9,600 nucleotides of DNA from Octopus sinensis (taxonomy: Eukaryota), in assembly GCF_006345805.1 (NCBI RefSeq), contig NW_021827907.1, positions 1 through 9,600 of the forward strand. Reading direction: 5' to 3'. This document shows, piece by piece, positions 7,457 to 9,600 of this stretch; within the stretch, counting starts at the first letter, position 1; the number at the start of each line of letters is the position of its first letter. The translations under genes and the position numbers were made by a program. The notes below the pieces were generated by a model. It had not been told where the DNA came from. It worked only from the letters and a program-made list of their open reading frames with translations, and searched no databases.

Positions 7457-7527
7457 TAATAATAATAATAATAATAATAATGATAATAATAATAATAATA
7501 ATAAAATGATAAATTACAACAACAACC

Positions 7528-7582
<55 letters not shown>

Positions 7583-7616
7583 TAATAATAATAATAATGA
7601 TAAAATGATAAATTAC
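7404..7616. repeat. compound (AAC)n/(AAT)n microsatellite, duplicated as two ~100-bp units
   Basis: Units 7416-7517 and 7518-7616 each read AACAACAACC-AT-(AAT/GAT)n-AAAATGATAAATTAC. Confidence 0.93.
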
Positions 7617-7804
7617 ATTAATGATAATTTAATCAGAGAAAAATATGACTAGTAAATGCTGTTTTGTTGGTTTTAAATATAATTCTAGCTCGGTTTTTAA
7701 ATTATAAAACAAAAAGGTTTACAAAGAACAATTTGCATAGGGTGGGAAAATATAAATAAAGAAGAGCTAGAAAAAGGGGAAATATTTCCCCTCCCTCTGT
7801 TTGT

Positions 7805-7848
7805 ATACATACATGCAAACGTACATACATACATAATACATACATACA

Positions 7849-7880
<32 letters not shown>

Positions 7881-7920
7881 CACACATATTTATATGTGCC
7901 TGCATATATGTATATATGTA

Positions 7921-7962
<42 letters not shown>

Positions 7963-7985
7963 ATATATACATATATGTGAATATA
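7805..7985. repeat. (TACA)n/(TA)n microsatellite
   Basis: Direct reading. Confidence 0.95.
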
Positions 7986-8115
7986 ATCAAAAGGGTAATA
8001 ATACAGATTACTACCAGTGGCCCAGCACAAAGGACGAATTAGTCATTAGACAAAATATTATTCATATACAAATATAATTAAGGGCTCCTAAATAAGGCTG
8101 CCAAGTGCCAGGGAC

Positions 8116-8118
<3 letters not shown>
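7986..8118 (-). mobile_element. short fragment with hairpin + AGTGGCCCAGCA module between TA tracts
   Basis: Hairpin GGTAATAAT-ACAG-ATTACTACC 7994-8015 immediately followed by AGTGGCCCAGCA 8016-8027. Later ACAAATATAATTAAGGGC resembles ACAACTTATAAACAAGGGC at ~716-734. Confidence 0.45.
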
Positions 8119-8145
<27 letters not shown>

Positions 8146-8149
<4 letters not shown>

Positions 8150-8473
8150 GTAAAGACCCCCTTCGGTCATGAATGACCATGGGATTGCACCTAGAAAGTT
8201 ACCCTCCGAGGCACAAGTCTGGGCAAGGTTGTTTATGGAAGACCAGCAGTCGCCCATGCATACCAGCCTCCCCTCTCCACACCACCAGTGTTATCCAAGG
8301 GAAAGACAAAGGTCGATACAGCTTGGCACCAGTGACGTCGCAACTCATTTCTACAGCTGAGTGAACTGGAGCAACGTGAAATAAAGTGCCTTGCTCAAGA
8401 ACACAACACGCAGCCCGGTCCGGGATTCGAGCTCACAACCTCACGATCGTAAGCTCGACGCTCTAACCACTGA

Positions 8474-8478
<5 letters not shown>
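8146..8478 (-). mobile_element. tRNA(Arg-like)-derived SINE inserted in (TA)n
   Basis: Minus strand: A box TGGCTCAGTGG (8477-8467), anticodon-like loop TTACGAT, B box GAGCTCGAATCCC (8434-8422, one substitution), CORE-like TTGAGCAAGGCACTTTA, 3' hairpin GGTCAT-TC-ATGACC and a TTTACCTTT tail. TA repeats on both sides. Confidence 0.9.
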
Positions 8479-8532
<54 letters not shown>

Positions 8533-8565
8533 ATATGTATATATGTATATATGTAAATAAATATA
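8477..8565. repeat. (TA)n/(TG)n microsatellite
   Basis: Direct reading. Confidence 0.95.
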
Positions 8566-8827
8566 TCACAGGATACACACACATTCATTGTTAACTTGAT
8601 ATTCCATTTTTATATCATAACAACAATGAGTTTCACCAGAATTTGGCTCTTCAGGTAGTTTGGGTTAAGTTCTTTAGTTATACTTTTTTTATATTGATTT
8701 TTAAAAACGAATGGAAGCAAACAATTGTGGTTAATGTAACCTATACGACATGTGTTTTCACTGGAAATGCATTGGTGTTGCTTCGCTTCTGTAGTGTGCG
8801 TTCATTATATTCAACATACAGAATATA

Positions 8828-9521
8828 TCATATTCTCTGTTGAAATGTATATTTTCTAATCTCCCTTATACGGAAGCGTATGGCGTGTTGCAGTGGTGTT
8901 TTGTTTTGATCTGTAACACGGCTGTTTTCATTTTCTATTATATTTTTGTTGTTTAAGCGATATGATGAATTTGTATGCCTGTATGCGCATCTTGTATGCT
9001 TTTTTTGTCTGCCGAAACAGCATGATAGCAGTTGAATTTATTTAAAAACAGAACCAAAAGCAGAAGAACAAATAATATTACTCACTGGGTTTTTAGAGAC
9101 AAGCTATTCGTGGGTGGGGCATAGAACATATCAAATTTGTCAAATCAATGCGTATTCATATATTTAGGAAAATGGTCATGAGGTTGCTACAGAAGGGAAA
9201 TTACTCCAATGCTGTTAATAACCATTGCACAAAATATCATTTGGTTAGAGGAAATTATTAAAAGCAAGAAGGAAAAATTCTCTCAACGTAGGCTTTCGGT
9301 AGGACTACTTTATCATGTATGTTAAGGTTCGAAACAACATTACCCCATCTTTTTTATAGAATTCAATATATTATTTTTATAGTTTTTACTGATATTATTA
9401 CAAGTTTTGTGCCTGATTTCGTGTGCGTTCTTTATTTTGTCTGCCTTCACAAATATTTCGTTTGATTTCTGGATGTTCTTTGAGTTTCTGCCAGATGTTA
9501 CTGAAAGGTGTTGCTCACATT
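8828..9521 (-). pseudogene. possible exon remnants of a decayed or non-coding spliced gene
   Basis: Candidate exons 9521-9344 (TTATAG| ... |GTAATG), 9186-9086 (TTTCCCTTCTGTAG| ... |GTGAGT) and from 9008 (TGTTTCGGCAG|, open ~59 codons). Frames do not join without a stop or frameshift, and no protein family is recognised. Confidence 0.25.
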
Positions 9522-9600
9522 CTATAACACATAACATATAATTATCAAACCGTTTGCATGAACACACAAACACAAAACTCTTCAAATAGAGCTAAAGAAA

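Noticed and set aside
7158-7529. 123-aa ORF with poly-Ile/Val
   Set aside because: Produced by the (ATT)n/(GTT)n repeat; the remainder resembles no protein I recognise.
8870-8915. Ankyrin-like TPLQHA motif on the minus strand
   Set aside because: Flanking residues do not fit the ankyrin consensus and there is no second repeat in frame.
1-9600. CRISPR array or prokaryotic operon
   Set aside because: No regularly spaced repeat-spacer array and no gene-dense coding; the sequence is clearly eukaryotic repeat-rich DNA.

Overview
AT-rich, microsatellite-laden eukaryotic non-coding DNA, most likely from an octopus or other coleoid cephalopod (inferred from the SINE/LINE sequences, not verified). 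No intact protein-coding gene is supported, and most listed ORFs are translations of (TA)n/(TG)n/(AAT)n repeats. Recognisable elements are three tRNA-derived SINEs (one with a 10-bp TSD), a 5'-truncated RTE-type LINE end with an (ATG)8 tail and a probable Helitron 3' terminus. The most interesting signal is a set of short non-coding elements in or beside (TA)n tracts. Three carry type I hammerhead ribozyme motifs on the minus strand (one intact, one minimal variant, one decayed). Two show partial-tandem terminal redundancy (470 and 328 bp periods), three have fold-back inversions, and four share a 'TGCTGGCCAY + hairpin' module. This looks like a Penelope-associated, retrozyme-like system; one copy also has a Pol III B box upstream of its ribozyme. 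Weak splice-site evidence hints at a decayed minus-strand multi-exon gene.
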